Source: an uncultured Candidatus Saccharibacteria bacterium (GTDB taxonomy: Bacteria; Patescibacteriota; Minisyncoccia; Phycocordibacterales; UBA9973). Taken from it: DNA of 64,000 bases. Made by a program: the position numbers and the translations under genes. Of this stretch, positions 31,001 to 39,522 are shown piece after piece (the stretch's first letter is position 1; every line of letters begins with the position of its first letter). A model generated the notes under the pieces. It was given only the letters and a program-made list of their open reading frames with translations, did not search any database and was not told where the DNA came from. The stretch spans positions 18,407 to 82,406 of the forward strand of contig CAYHBR010000001.1 in NCBI GenBank assembly GCA_964354985.1. The letters run 5' to 3'.

Positions 31001-34000
31001 CCTGCTATTCCAGTAAATGTTGCAGTATCAGTGCCTGTATAACGGATTAAACCACCCGAAGCTAACACAATATTATTTTGCACGCCTGTTGTTGCATAGT
31101 CAGTTCCTTTTGGTGTAATAAAATTGCCAGCAAAAGTTGAATTTCCGTTTACTGTTAAATTTCCGCCAGCAGTAATTAGTCCGCTTCCTGTAGTTATTGG
31201 TCTATTTGTTGTTGTATTAATACCGAGAGTGCCTGCACCAGTCATATTTAGGATCGAATCGTCCGCGACGAAAGTAAGGGCATTCGCATTATTAGTCATA
31301 ATCCCAGATCCAGTCGTAAAAGTATGACCTCCGGTAATAGCAACATCACCACCCAAATTTATTCCACCAGAACCACTATTTATATTTATAGCAGTTGATG
31401 TAGTAACATTTCCAATAGTAATATTTTTTGCATTTGCATTTGTTCCAATATTTATTGCACCAGTAGTTCCTGAATCTAAAGTTAGGATTCCAGTTGTTCC
31501 CGTAGAAACACTAAGCGAAGAACCATTGCCCGATGAAAGACTGGTAGTCCCCGCTCCAGATAAAGTAAGTGTTCCACCGGAAGACATACTCAAATTTCCT
31601 GCACCACTATCGGTGATACTTAAATTTTTCCCTGCCAAGTCTATCGTGCTATTTGCATCAACAGTCATCGAGTCAGATAGTTCACTAAAATCAAGAGCGT
31701 CGGTTAGACTTGAAGCAATTGATGACCATTTTATCCCTGTAGCTTGGGTAGAATCAGTGGTCAAAACAAAACCATTTGTAACACCAACAGGCAGTCTTGT
31801 TGAACTATTTACTCCGTTTCCAATAATTAAGTCACCTTTTGTCGTCACCGGAGAAAGTGCACTGAATGCAGAAGCAACTGTTGTTTGCCCGGTCCCACCC
31901 TGAGCAACACCCACTGTTCCGGTTGAAGTTAGATTTTTTGAAGCATCAGTAAATACAACTTTTGAAGCAGTAAGACTTGGGAGACTTACTGTACTACCGA
32001 GACTTATTGTCCCCGCACCTGAAATATTAAAATCTCCAGAAGCTAGAGCAAAAGAAATCGGGGTACTACTTGCGGTAGTGATTGTTGCATTGTTATTGTA
32101 AGCGCCTTGCATTGTGCTTATACCACAATCAGCCCAAGCACCTTGCACATAACAACGGAAAATACCGAGAGAATTGTTGTAATACATACTTCCGTTTGTA
32201 CCACCAACTGGGTCGCCGGTATCTGATTTTACATCAAGAGAAAATAAATCTGGAGTGACAGAACCGGCTCCGCCTGTTCCAATCTGAACTTTTCCTGTTC
32301 CTGTCCCAGCAGATTGCAATGACAATGTTCCGGTGCTTGTTCCCCACGTCGAAGCAGCGCCACCAGTCAAAGTCAAAGCTCCGCCTGAAGTAAAAGAAGA
32401 AGCAGATGTTGGAGTAAGATTTACTGCACCAGTTCCTGTTGCGGTGAAGTTTCCTGAAGAAAGTAAGATTGAAAGATCCGATGAAGACGTTGTAGTAATA
32501 GTTGAATTACTTACATATGCTTGTTGTAATGTAACAGCACTGGCAACAGAAGCACCGCAATCCTGCCATCCACCACCTTCATAACATCTAAAAGAATCAC
32601 GGGCGGCATTAAAATACATATCACCGTTATCACCAGTTGGGTCACCAGTTCCACTTGCGATACTTTTTTGATCTAAAGAAAATAAATCTGGAGTAGCAGA
32701 TGGTGCATCGTCGGCTCCAACATGCACGATACCTGTAGCTGAGCCATTTACACTTATAACCAAATCACCCGTACTCGTACCCCATGTCGAAGCAGCGCCA
32801 CCAGTCAAAGTCAAAGCTCCGCCTGAAGTAAAAGAAGAAGCAGATGTTGGGGTAAGGCTTACCGCACCAGCTCCTGAGGCAGTGAAGTTGCCTGAAGTTA
32901 ATACCAAACCTACATCAACCGCACCGGCAGTTGTAATAGTTCCTCCGCTATTATATGCACTTTGTAGTGATGTCGAGCCACCTGTTGTATCGCAGTCAGA
33001 CCAAGAACCATTTGTGTAACATCTAAATTTATTGGAATTTAGATTGTAATACATACTTCCGTTTGTGCCTTCGGCTGGATCTCCTGAATCTGATTTAACA
33101 TCGAGAGACAATAAATCCGGAGTAGTTGACCCTGCTCCGCCAACACCTATTTTAATAACACCAGTTGCGCCTCCGCCGGCTGACTGGAAAGTGATATTCC
33201 CTGCTGTTGTACTTAAACTCGAAGCAGCTCCTCCAACAAAAGTTAGTCCACTACTAGAAGTTATGCCAATAGCTCCAGCTGAACTATTTCCAATATTAAC
33301 AGCACCAGAAGATGTGCCTGTATTTATATTTGTTGCAAAATTACTACTAGCATTTATATTCGCTACTGCCCCAACCGCAGAAAGTCCCGCTGAAGCAGTA
33401 AAAAGTCCAGCCGAAGTCATTGTTCCAGTAGCTGTTGTAAAAATATTTCCTGAAGTTGTTAAATTGTCTCCCGCAGTTAAGGGCGATATTGTCGTGCCAA
33501 CTCTTTGAAATTTACTAGTGTTTGGACTCCAAGATAATCCTCCTGTGCCGTCAGTAATCAAGGCTTCCCCTAGTGCTCCGTCGGCGCTTGGCAATGTGTA
33601 TGTTGTTGAACCGGCAGTTGCAGGAGGAGCAAAACCAACATAGCCTGAAGTAGCGCCGGACAATCTAAGTTCGCCTTTTACATCAAGTGCTGAGCCTGGA
33701 ACTGCTTTTCCGATTCCCACTAAAGGATTTCCAAGACCGTCATCCATTATTCGCATTCTTTCTGAAGATGAGTCTGTTCCACTTGTAAAAAAAACAAGAG
33801 AAGTCCCTGTATCATTTGTTCCAATTACTAAATCACCGCCAAGTCCTCCAACTCCTCTCGAAACCAAGTAGGAATCATTTTTACCAGCTGGCGACCAACT
33901 AGCATCCGTAAAACCAGAAGAATTTATTCCCAAATCAACATACCCGCTTGTTTCACTTCCATTGTCTGCAGTTGCAACAATGTCTGAAGAAGCATTTGTG

Positions 34001-37000
34001 CCAGCATTACTGTTCTTAATGTTTAATTGTAAATAATTATTAACATCACCATATCCGCCGATTATATTGTATGAGGTACTTCCTGAAGGCATCACAACTT
34101 TCAAACGCTCTGGACTAATTGGATCAAAGATATCAGAACCGATCGCAAGATTTCCATTATTATCAATTATAAATGGAGATGTATCACTCGATGAATCATC
34201 TACTCGAAAACTATTTCCATTTCCCAAATTTGAAACAAATAACGGCATTGAAGCAGACGAAGCTAATGTTGTTGCTTTAACTATTGATGCCGTGCTATTT
34301 GCAGTCGATGCGATATTTTCACCAAAAGTAATTCCAGACTGACCGCTAGTTGCAAGTGACCAATTCCACACTTGTCCCAAATCCCCATTGTTGATTGTGT
34401 TTGTTGCAAGTGCTTCTGTTAGAGACGAAAGATGTGTTGCTCCATTAAATCCCCCGGAACAAGTAAGGACTCCAACTGTTCCATCTACACTACATCCAGT
34501 TGAGCCATAACCACCCATAAGATTGAGAGTACCAGATGCGCCCGGAGCACCAATATTTACGGTTGTTGCTGATCCTCCAATATTTAAAGCTGTGGCATTT
34601 GTATTAAAAAGATTTCCTGTTGCGCTTGTAGTAGAAATCGTTCCGCCATTTATTGCGGAGTTTGAAGCAGTGGTAAATAAACCGCTTGAATTGACTGACC
34701 AATTTGCAGAATTTAAAGAAAGAGAATCAAGACCACTTCCCAATGAAATAGTATCCGCAAGAGTATCATCTGTCCCTACATTAATAACGTTACCAGCATT
34801 TCCTGTTCCAATAGATATTGTTTTTCCACTTGTTCCTGTACCAAGATTAACCGCACCCGTAGAACCAGAGTCAAGATTGAGAGCACCTGTTGTTCCTGAG
34901 GTTATTGAAAGAGCTGAGCCAGAAGCTGAAGTAATAGCGAGAGTGCTTCCGCCAGCGAGAGTTGTTGCACCTGTGCCTGTCAGTGTTGCGCTTCCTGCAG
35001 AAACTCCGAAACGAGTACTACCGCCGGTAATAAAGTTTAAACCTTGAGCGTCTGTGGTTCCGAGAGAAGCGGTTGTTCCGAATTGATTGCCACCTTGTAT
35101 ATAAGCAAACCCCGAAAGTGTTCCGATTGTCGCAGGTAATACCACAATGCGCCAGCGACTTATAGCTGAATCATATTCAAGACCGATAGACACTCCTGCC
35201 GGAACAGTTTGATTTAAACTAGATGCCGTTACAATGCGATTGATATCCGTAGAACTTAAACTCTCGTTAACAAGTGTTACTGCAAAACTTGAAGCATTCA
35301 TTATACGGATTTGTTTTCCATCTGCTCCCCCAGTTATTCCCGTGAAAGTAGCTACGCCCAGTCCTGTATAACGGAAAAGATAGCCGGATCCAAAATCAAC
35401 ATCATTATGCGAACCTGTTGTTGCATAATCAGTTCCTTTTGGTGTGATAAAATCTCCTGAAACAGTCAAGTTGCCACTTAGAGTTTTTGCACCCGATATT
35501 GTCTGCGTTCCGCTTGTTACAAGTCCTCTGTTTGTTGCAGAGGCATCTGGAATATTCAATGTAAGAGTTCCTCCGAGCGAAGTCGGTGAACCTGAAATAT
35601 TTGCGTCTGTTCCGGATGTTCCTAGTGTTAAACCAATAGTTGAATTTACTAATTTATTATTTGCAATCGTCCCAGTAACAATATCGCCATTGACGATAGA
35701 GCCGGCGAGATTGAGTTTACTATATGCAACTGATGCACTTGCTGAAAGATCTCCGTCTACAATCGTTCCGTCTAATATTTTGCCTGTAGTAATTGCCCCA
35801 GTGCCAATAGTAATAGCACCAGCATTACTGACAGTTGCGTCGCCCGATGCTGTAACAAAAGTTGGAACACCAGAAACATTGGCGACCAGAAACTGACCCG
35901 AAGAACCTGCTGTAGTGGCAGAAAGAGCGCTCGTTCCATTGCCATAAAGTAAACCTTTTGTTGTAAATGTCCCTGATCCAGTTCCACCTCGCGCGACAGA
36001 AAGATTTCCGGAAGTAATAGCTCCGACATCGAGGGATGTTGTGCCGGCAGCGGTCAATCTACCTTGTGCGTCCACTGTAAAAGTTGGGACCAAAGTACTA
36101 GAACCATAGTCACCTAAAGTGACAGCAGTATTATTTAAAGCGAAAGTAATATTCCCCGAACCAATAAGCCTGTTCGTAAGTGTTCCACTCAATCCAACTC
36201 CAGTGCCTGCGAGCAGGTCACCGTTACCTGTATTTAACAAGCAAGTTGGACAATCAATATTTCCAGTAGTGGCTGAATAACTTATTGGTCCAACACCAGC
36301 TATTGAATTCCTCGCACGGGCATTTGTAAAATATTGATTTGTCCCTTCAGAAATATTACTTGTTGTTAAGCTTACCGCGCCAGTTAGGCCATTTACACTA
36401 GCAACATTTGTTCCCTGTTGAATACGATCCCAAGTTGCACCGTTGTTTAAAATCCAATCCCCAACCGCCCAAGTTGAATTGCCATCTATAGATGTGCTTC
36501 CTGCGACACTTACAATAAATAAATCTCCTGCAATATCAGGTAGTCCATTTTCTAGCCCACCACTAGCAAGAGGCGGTGTATTGGTGTCTGCATCCCAAAC
36601 TCCATCATATTTTAATGAACCAGTAATTGAGCTAGGTAATAATGAAGTATTTATCTTACCACCAACATCAAGAAGAGATATCCAAGAAAGATCGCCCGCA
36701 AGAACTGCGTGGTTGTCAGCAGTACCTGTCCCTAAGTCCGCAGGAACGATTGAACGAAAAGTGGGATTAGTGGAAACGCCATCAGTCGGTCCAAGTAAAA
36801 AATTGTTAGCAGCAACAATTTCTGAAAATACACCGCCACCTTTACATTCAAAGATAGTGCCGTTCCAGCTAAGCCTTTCGTTACTAGCACAAGTTGGGAC
36901 ATTTACTTTTAAGTCTGTCCCTGAAAAAATTAAACCATTACCGATGCTTATTTCTGAAGTATTATCTGATGACCCAGTTGGATTTCCAAGCAATTTACTA

Positions 37001-37605
37001 GCGCTAACACTTGGTAGTTTTGCAAAAGTGACGCTACCATTTAGAATTTTTGAAGAAGTAATAGCATTGCTTACAATAGAAAATGCGCCGGCACTACTCA
37101 TTGAGGCATCACCCGAAACGGTAACTTGGCTCGCCAAGTTTGAACCATCGCCGACAAGTATTTTCCCTGACGACAAAGAAGGTGAGAGTTTGTTATTAAA
37201 TGTCGTCCAATCTGTAGCCGAAAGCAATCCTCTTTTTATAGAAGAGGCAGAAGGAAAATTGAAAGTGTGAATATCTGAGCCGGAAACAATATTAAAATCG
37301 GTGCCGGTTGTCCCTGTGGTAAATGTTTGAGTAGAACCACTTTGACTGTTTAGAATTAAACTGGTTGGTATTATTCCGCAACTAGGACTTCCTGCGGTAC
37401 AATCTGGCTCTAGTGTAACTCCGGGCAAATACAGGGTTGCGTTGGCTATTCGTGGAGCTATTAGACTAAGACCAAAAGTAGATAGAATTAAAATAAAAAT
37501 TCCAAACATAGAAAAAACCGATTTGCGGTTTTGGATAAACCGATAATGAACCAAGTTGGAAATGACAAATTTCTTGAAAGATTTTTCTTTCATTTGACTA
37601 CACAC
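28018..37605 (-). CDS. Giant surface protein (3195 aa): an N-terminal signal/anchor, Gly/Thr/Ser/Ala-rich repetitive beta-solenoid-like modules, a C-terminal globular region and a Pro/Thr/Val-rich tail
   Basis: One uninterrupted ORF. N-terminal hydrophobic segment (FSMFGIFILILSTFGLSLIAP). Pervasive GxT/GS repeats. Four copies of a FRCY..G.W.DC module. ~250-bp exact internal DNA repeats. Only spurious antisense ORFs overlap it. Confidence 0.85.
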   Translation of the reverse strand: MCSQMKEKSFKKFVISNLVHYRFIQNRKSVFSMFGIFILILSTFGLSLIAPRIANATLYLPGVTLEPDCTAGSPSCGIIPTSLILNSQSGSTQTFTTGTTGTDFNIVSGSDIHTFNFPSASSIKRGLLSATDWTTFNNKLSPSLSSGKILVGDGSNLASQVTVSGDASMSSAGAFSIVSNAITSSKILNGSVTFAKLPSVSASKLLGNPTGSSDNTSEISIGNGLIFSGTDLKVNVPTCASNERLSWNGTIFECKGGGVFSEIVAANNFLLGPTDGVSTNPTFRSIVPADLGTGTADNHAVLAGDLSWISLLDVGGKINTSLLPSSITGSLKYDGVWDADTNTPPLASGGLENGLPDIAGDLFIVSVAGSTSIDGNSTWAVGDWILNNGATWDRIQQGTNVASVNGLTGAVSLTTSNISEGTNQYFTNARARNSIAGVGPISYSATTGNIDCPTCLLNTGNGDLLAGTGVGLSGTLTNRLIGSGNITFALNNTAVTLGDYGSSTLVPTFTVDAQGRLTAAGTTSLDVGAITSGNLSVARGGTGSGTFTTKGLLYGNGTSALSATTAGSSGQFLVANVSGVPTFVTASGDATVSNAGAITIGTGAITTGKILDGTIVDGDLSASASVAYSKLNLAGSIVNGDIVTGTIANNKLVNSTIGLTLGTSGTDANISGSPTSLGGTLTLNIPDASATNRGLVTSGTQTISGAKTLSGNLTVSGDFITPKGTDYATTGSHNDVDFGSGYLFRYTGLGVATFTGITGGADGKQIRIMNASSFAVTLVNESLSSTDINRIVTASSLNQTVPAGVSIGLEYDSAISRWRIVVLPATIGTLSGFAYIQGGNQFGTTASLGTTDAQGLNFITGGSTRFGVSAGSATLTGTGATTLAGGSTLAITSASGSALSITSGTTGALNLDSGSTGAVNLGTGTSGKTISIGTGNAGNVINVGTDDTLADTISLGSGLDSLSLNSANWSVNSSGLFTTASNSAINGGTISTTSATGNLFNTNATALNIGGSATTVNIGAPGASGTLNLMGGYGSTGCSVDGTVGVLTCSGGFNGATHLSSLTEALATNTINNGDLGQVWNWSLATSGQSGITFGENIASTANSTASIVKATTLASSASMPLFVSNLGNGNSFRVDDSSSDTSPFIIDNNGNLAIGSDIFDPISPERLKVVMPSGSTSYNIIGGYGDVNNYLQLNIKNSNAGTNASSDIVATADNGSETSGYVDLGINSSGFTDASWSPAGKNDSYLVSRGVGGLGGDLVIGTNDTGTSLVFFTSGTDSSSERMRIMDDGLGNPLVGIGKAVPGSALDVKGELRLSGATSGYVGFAPPATAGSTTYTLPSADGALGEALITDGTGGLSWSPNTSKFQRVGTTISPLTAGDNLTTSGNIFTTATGTMTSAGLFTASAGLSAVGAVANINASSNFATNINTGTSSGAVNIGNSSAGAIGITSSSGLTFVGGAASSLSTTAGNITFQSAGGGATGVIKIGVGGAGSTTPDLLSLDVKSDSGDPAEGTNGSMYYNLNSNKFRCYTNGSWSDCDTTGGSTSLQSAYNSGGTITTAGAVDVGLVLTSGNFTASGAGAVSLTPTSASSFTSGGALTLTGGAASTWGTSTGDLVISVNGSATGIVHVGADDAPSATPDLFSLDQKSIASGTGDPTGDNGDMYFNAARDSFRCYEGGGWQDCGASVASAVTLQQAYVSNSTITTTSSSDLSILLSSGNFTATGTGAVNLTPTSASSFTSGGALTLTGGAASTWGTSTGTLSLQSAGTGTGKVQIGTGGAGSVTPDLFSLDVKSDTGDPVGGTNGSMYYNNSLGIFRCYVQGAWADCGISTMQGAYNNNATITTASSTPISFALASGDFNISGAGTISLGSTVSLPSLTASKVVFTDASKNLTSTGTVGVAQGGTGQTTVASAFSALSPVTTKGDLIIGNGVNSSTRLPVGVTNGFVLTTDSTQATGIKWSSIASSLTDALDFSELSDSMTVDANSTIDLAGKNLSITDSGAGNLSMSSGGTLTLSGAGTTSLSSGNGSSLSVSTGTTGILTLDSGTTGAINIGTNANAKNITIGNVTTSTAININSGSGGINLGGDVAITGGHTFTTGSGIMTNNANALTFVADDSILNMTGAGTLGINTTTNRPITTGSGLITAGGNLTVNGNSTFAGNFITPKGTDYATTGVQNNIVLASGGLIRYTGTDTATFTGIAGGVDGLYIRFMNASSFNLTISNESASSTAGNRIITGTSSDVIIPAGTTFCTQYDSGATRWRLGCTPTTATTINSFAFVQSGNAFGTSASLGTTDAQGLNFITGGSTRFGVSAGSATLTGTGATTLAGGSTLAITSASGSALSITSGTTGALNLDSGSTGAVNLGTGTSGKTIHIGDGVAVNTIVIGNGADDTFSLLSSGLNVSSAGALTGVASVSSIGAISTSGNISSTGSGTITSAGLLIGSAGITVSGGTASINTTGSSNTAIGNATGTFVVTSSGLNVSSAGAITGVSSIDTIGASATGLTFASAGTISSTTTSDITVDSGTTGAVNIGTGASGKTVTIGNITDGTTVNIYSGSGGITLLASTGGVVSIKSDTTGSVTLDSGTTGTVNIGNGNDSKTINIGTGSGNNAINIGTNGASTDTIVLGSTSDTLAIASTGLNLTTGGALTGVLSIDTIGTSATGLTFAGAGTITTTGANAITLEAGGTATSSKIQIGSITGKATPDLLVLDAGSADPAGINGGTYYNTTSNKFRCYENGAWKNCDTDGSKYIVKASPTTATSNSTVFLNDPELVFAMAANTTYYVQASINTNVSNATADLKYTFTTPAGATINLEGVNAISATSSAYCNIIASGTSCAIATTAVLTQRVFVHGYVTTAGTAGNLQFQFAQNVATVAASPVVNAGSFLMVTNSTNTGGADLAEIYNTSDVGLLPGELVRIDHSLESGVTRTTNTYDKEVLGVVSTQPGLILDDGKRIGSSQVAVALSGRVPMNVSVENGVIEPGDFLASSTTPGVAMKATEDGMVIGQALTSFGGEGVGQVIAFIKNTYSPGKYSMKDQSLLMGDISTTEGLVTLISDVQSEIAQNPISIIEAKVATGTKILTDFVSARVIAIRGYFDEVFAKKVHTEEICVKKSDGSEVCVTGDQMQTLLNNVNIPTADSTTSEVAPVPETIPTPDIGLVPDITAVQTEVPPEVVPTVTEVAPPLPVVDSPVPVQ
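30491..30741. repeat. ~250-bp exact intragenic direct repeat, copy 1 (copy 2 at 34820..35070)
   Basis: An identical string runs from tttttccacttgttcctgtaccaagattaaccgcacccgtag... to ...gtggttccgagagaagc at both positions. It encodes the duplicated segment ..STRFGVSAGSATLTGTGATTLAGGSTLAITSASGSALSITSGTTGALNLDSGSTGAVNLGTGTSGKT.. Confidence 0.9.
34820..35070. repeat. ~250-bp exact intragenic direct repeat, copy 2
   Basis: See copy 1. A second repeat pair (~70 bp near-exact, ~120 bp similar) lies at 32342..32460 and 32780..32898. Confidence 0.9.
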
Positions 37606-37639
37606 ACATTATAGTTCATTTATCTAGGAAAAAGTGGGT

Positions 37640-37647
37640 GGGGGGGG
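37640..37647. repeat. G8 homopolymer (C8 in the gene sense) about 30 nt upstream of the giant gene start
   Basis: gggtggggggggtg seen directly in an AT-rich intergenic region. Confidence 0.85.
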
Positions 37648-37693
37648 TGCATTACTTATTCATAAATATATCCAAAAGTTGAGTGTAAGAAGG

Positions 37694-37766
37694 AGCCGTT
37701 GATCGGGATTGAACCGATGACCTCGATATTACCAATATCGTGCTCTACCAACTGAGCTACAACGGC
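37694..37766 (-). tRNA. tRNA-Thr (anticodon GGU)
   Basis: GCCGTTG-TA-GCTC-AGTTGGTA-GAGC-A-CGATA-TTGGTAA-TATCG-AGGTC-ATCGG-TTCAATC-CCGAT-CAACGGC-T. A clean cloverleaf. Confidence 0.8.
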
Positions 37767-37819
37767 GAAGCGAGGAGCAAAATGGAAACTTGTTCACATT
37801 TTGTTCGAGCGAGCCGTTG

Positions 37820-37853
37820 TATGCCTCATACAACGGCGAAGCGAATGGAAAAA
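37820..37853. repeat. Duplicated tRNA-Thr 5'-end fragment inside an 11-bp-stem hairpin
   Basis: The 15-mer acaacggcgaagcga occurs at 37758-37772 (overlapping the tRNA 5' end) and again at 37837-37851. The second copy sits in the palindrome gccgttgtatg-cct-catacaacggc. Confidence 0.6.
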
Positions 37854-37996
37854 CTATACAGGCTTGAAAATCATACTGTATTTTAGGCTTTTATTCAATA
37901 TCTACCTCAAACTATCGTGATTGTCACCTCATATGGTTAACTATACATTCGTTTGACAAAACCTGCATACATGATATAATTAGAAAAAAGAGGAAA

Positions 37997-38407
37997 ATGA
38001 AAGATGTATATATGCCATATAGATCTCTCGGAATAATTGAGAACAACCCGGGAGAGTATTTAATAGTAAAGCGAAGAGGGCAAAACCTTTTCAGTTTTAT
38101 TGGGGGTAAGGAATCCCCTATAGATATGCAAATGCCCATAAAAACCATGATTCGAGAGAACATGGAGGAGGCAGAAATTTGCGGAAATAAAATAGAATTA
38201 AGTGAGGTACGAACCTCGTTTACATATAGAGGTAAAATATTTTATGTTTTCACTGGCAAGATGAAGAAAATAGACCCTTTGCCAGGTTACATTAGCCATG
38301 ACGAAGACATAGAATATTATGTCTGGCTGAATCTGGAAAAGATTGGGCAATTACCTTTAACAGAGGTAGATGTCGAAGTATATTGTTGGGCTTACAATAA
38401 TCTATAA
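37997..38407 (+). CDS. NUDIX-like hydrolase (degenerate Nudix box), 136 aa
   Basis: GGKESPIDMQMPIKTMIRENMEEAEI approximates the GX5EX7REUXEEXGU motif. Confidence 0.45.
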   Translation: MKDVYMPYRSLGIIENNPGEYLIVKRRGQNLFSFIGGKESPIDMQMPIKTMIRENMEEAEICGNKIELSEVRTSFTYRGKIFYVFTGKMKKIDPLPGYISHDEDIEYYVWLNLEKIGQLPLTEVDVEVYCWAYNNL

Positions 38408-38470
38408 AAAATATTTTAAGCTCTAAAAAAGCTGTGCACCACACGGCTTTTTATTTTGTATTTTTTAATA

Positions 38471-38713
38471 TTAATTAGAAATCTTATTTTTACCTTTTAT
38501 TAAAGTCTCGAGCATAAAAGTCAAACTCTCCTCTTCTGACATGGTAGTCTTGTGCTCAAGTGAGCCAAGTAGTTCTACTCGTGCACGGAAAACAAGCATA
38601 GCGTCTTTAAATCGACGCACCAATTCTGGATCTCTAATGTCATCTCGATCACGAATTATTCCGTAATTTGGCTGTATTTTATATATTTTATTATAAGAAT
38701 TTAATGTCTTCAT
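38471..38713 (-). CDS. hypothetical protein (80 aa)
   Basis: An ORF only; no recognisable motif. Confidence 0.3.
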   Translation of the reverse strand: MKTLNSYNKIYKIQPNYGIIRDRDDIRDPELVRRFKDAMLVFRARVELLGSLEHKTTMSEEESLTFMLETLIKGKNKISN

Positions 38714-38739
38714 TTATTAAATAATTATTTATAAATAAA

Positions 38740-39501
38740 CTATACTAAATCTTCTATAATACTTTTAAAACCGTTGCGCGAGACTATTACATGGTCTATG
38801 AGTTCTATCCCGAGAAGTTTACCTGCGTCTATCAACTGACGAGTGACGACAATATCGTCGTTGCTAGGTTTTAAAATACCTGATGGATGATTGTGGACTA
38901 AAATAAGTGCGACAGCTGAATATTCTAGCGCTGGTTTAAAAACTTCGCGTGGGTGGATGATATTTGCATCTATTGTTCCAATAGAAATAACTTCGTCGTG
39001 GATAACTTTGTAATGACTGTTTAAATATATTCCACGCAAGTGTTCCTTTGGCAATTCTGCCATTGCTTGGGTATAGTTGTGGACATCCTTCGCAGTACGA
39101 ATAACCTTGCCTCCATTTGGATTGCGCTCAAAAAGTCTTCGTCCGAGTTCGACAATAGCAACCAGCTGAGTTGCTCTTCCAATTGGTATATCTAAATCCT
39201 TGCTTAATTCTTTTGGGTTGCGGGCATTTGCTAAACTTTTTTCGCCATATTCTTTTATTATCCGATTGCTCAATGTAAGAATATCTTCTTTCTTTGTACC
39301 GACATTTAATATTACAGCTAAAAGTTCTGACATTGAGAGATTTGTGGAGCCATCACGCAATAATTTTTCTCTAGGCTTTTGTTCGTTTGGCAGATCCCGA
39401 ATGGTTAAAACATACGGCTTTTCAGCAGTAATATTTTTATTTTGAACCGAACTAATAATCGGGACCTTAAATGTTGTGGTATAAATATCTTTGGCTTTCA
39501 T
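38740..39501 (-). CDS. radC: RadC-like JAB/MPN domain protein
   Basis: HNHPSG motif (..LILVHNHPSGILKPSNDDIVVTRQL..) and an N-terminal HhH-like region. Confidence 0.8.
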   Translation of the reverse strand: MKAKDIYTTTFKVPIISSVQNKNITAEKPYVLTIRDLPNEQKPREKLLRDGSTNLSMSELLAVILNVGTKKEDILTLSNRIIKEYGEKSLANARNPKELSKDLDIPIGRATQLVAIVELGRRLFERNPNGGKVIRTAKDVHNYTQAMAELPKEHLRGIYLNSHYKVIHDEVISIGTIDANIIHPREVFKPALEYSAVALILVHNHPSGILKPSNDDIVVTRQLIDAGKLLGIELIDHVIVSRNGFKSIIEDLV

Positions 39502-39522
39502 TCCTATAGTCTACCACTCATT

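Noticed and set aside
28136-37270. Numerous plus-strand ORFs of 60-286 aa inside the giant gene (for example 29627..30487, 34523..35047)
   Set aside because: They are antisense to a continuous 9.6-kb ORF and are produced by its repetitive, stop-poor GNN/ACN codon composition.
28018-37605. Phage tail-fibre or prophage origin for the giant protein
   Set aside because: No other phage-like genes (capsid, terminase, integrase) are nearby. The N-terminal signal-anchor and the downstream membrane partner fit a cellular surface structure better. The C-terminal domain's resemblance to tail-fibre chaperone domains is unverified.
27339-37766. A tRNA-flanked integrated genomic island carrying the giant gene
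   Set aside because: The two flanking tRNA-Thr genes have different sequences (CGU versus GGU isoacceptors) and share no 3'-end direct repeat. Only a 15-bp 5'-fragment duplication exists, on one side, so island integration is not supported.
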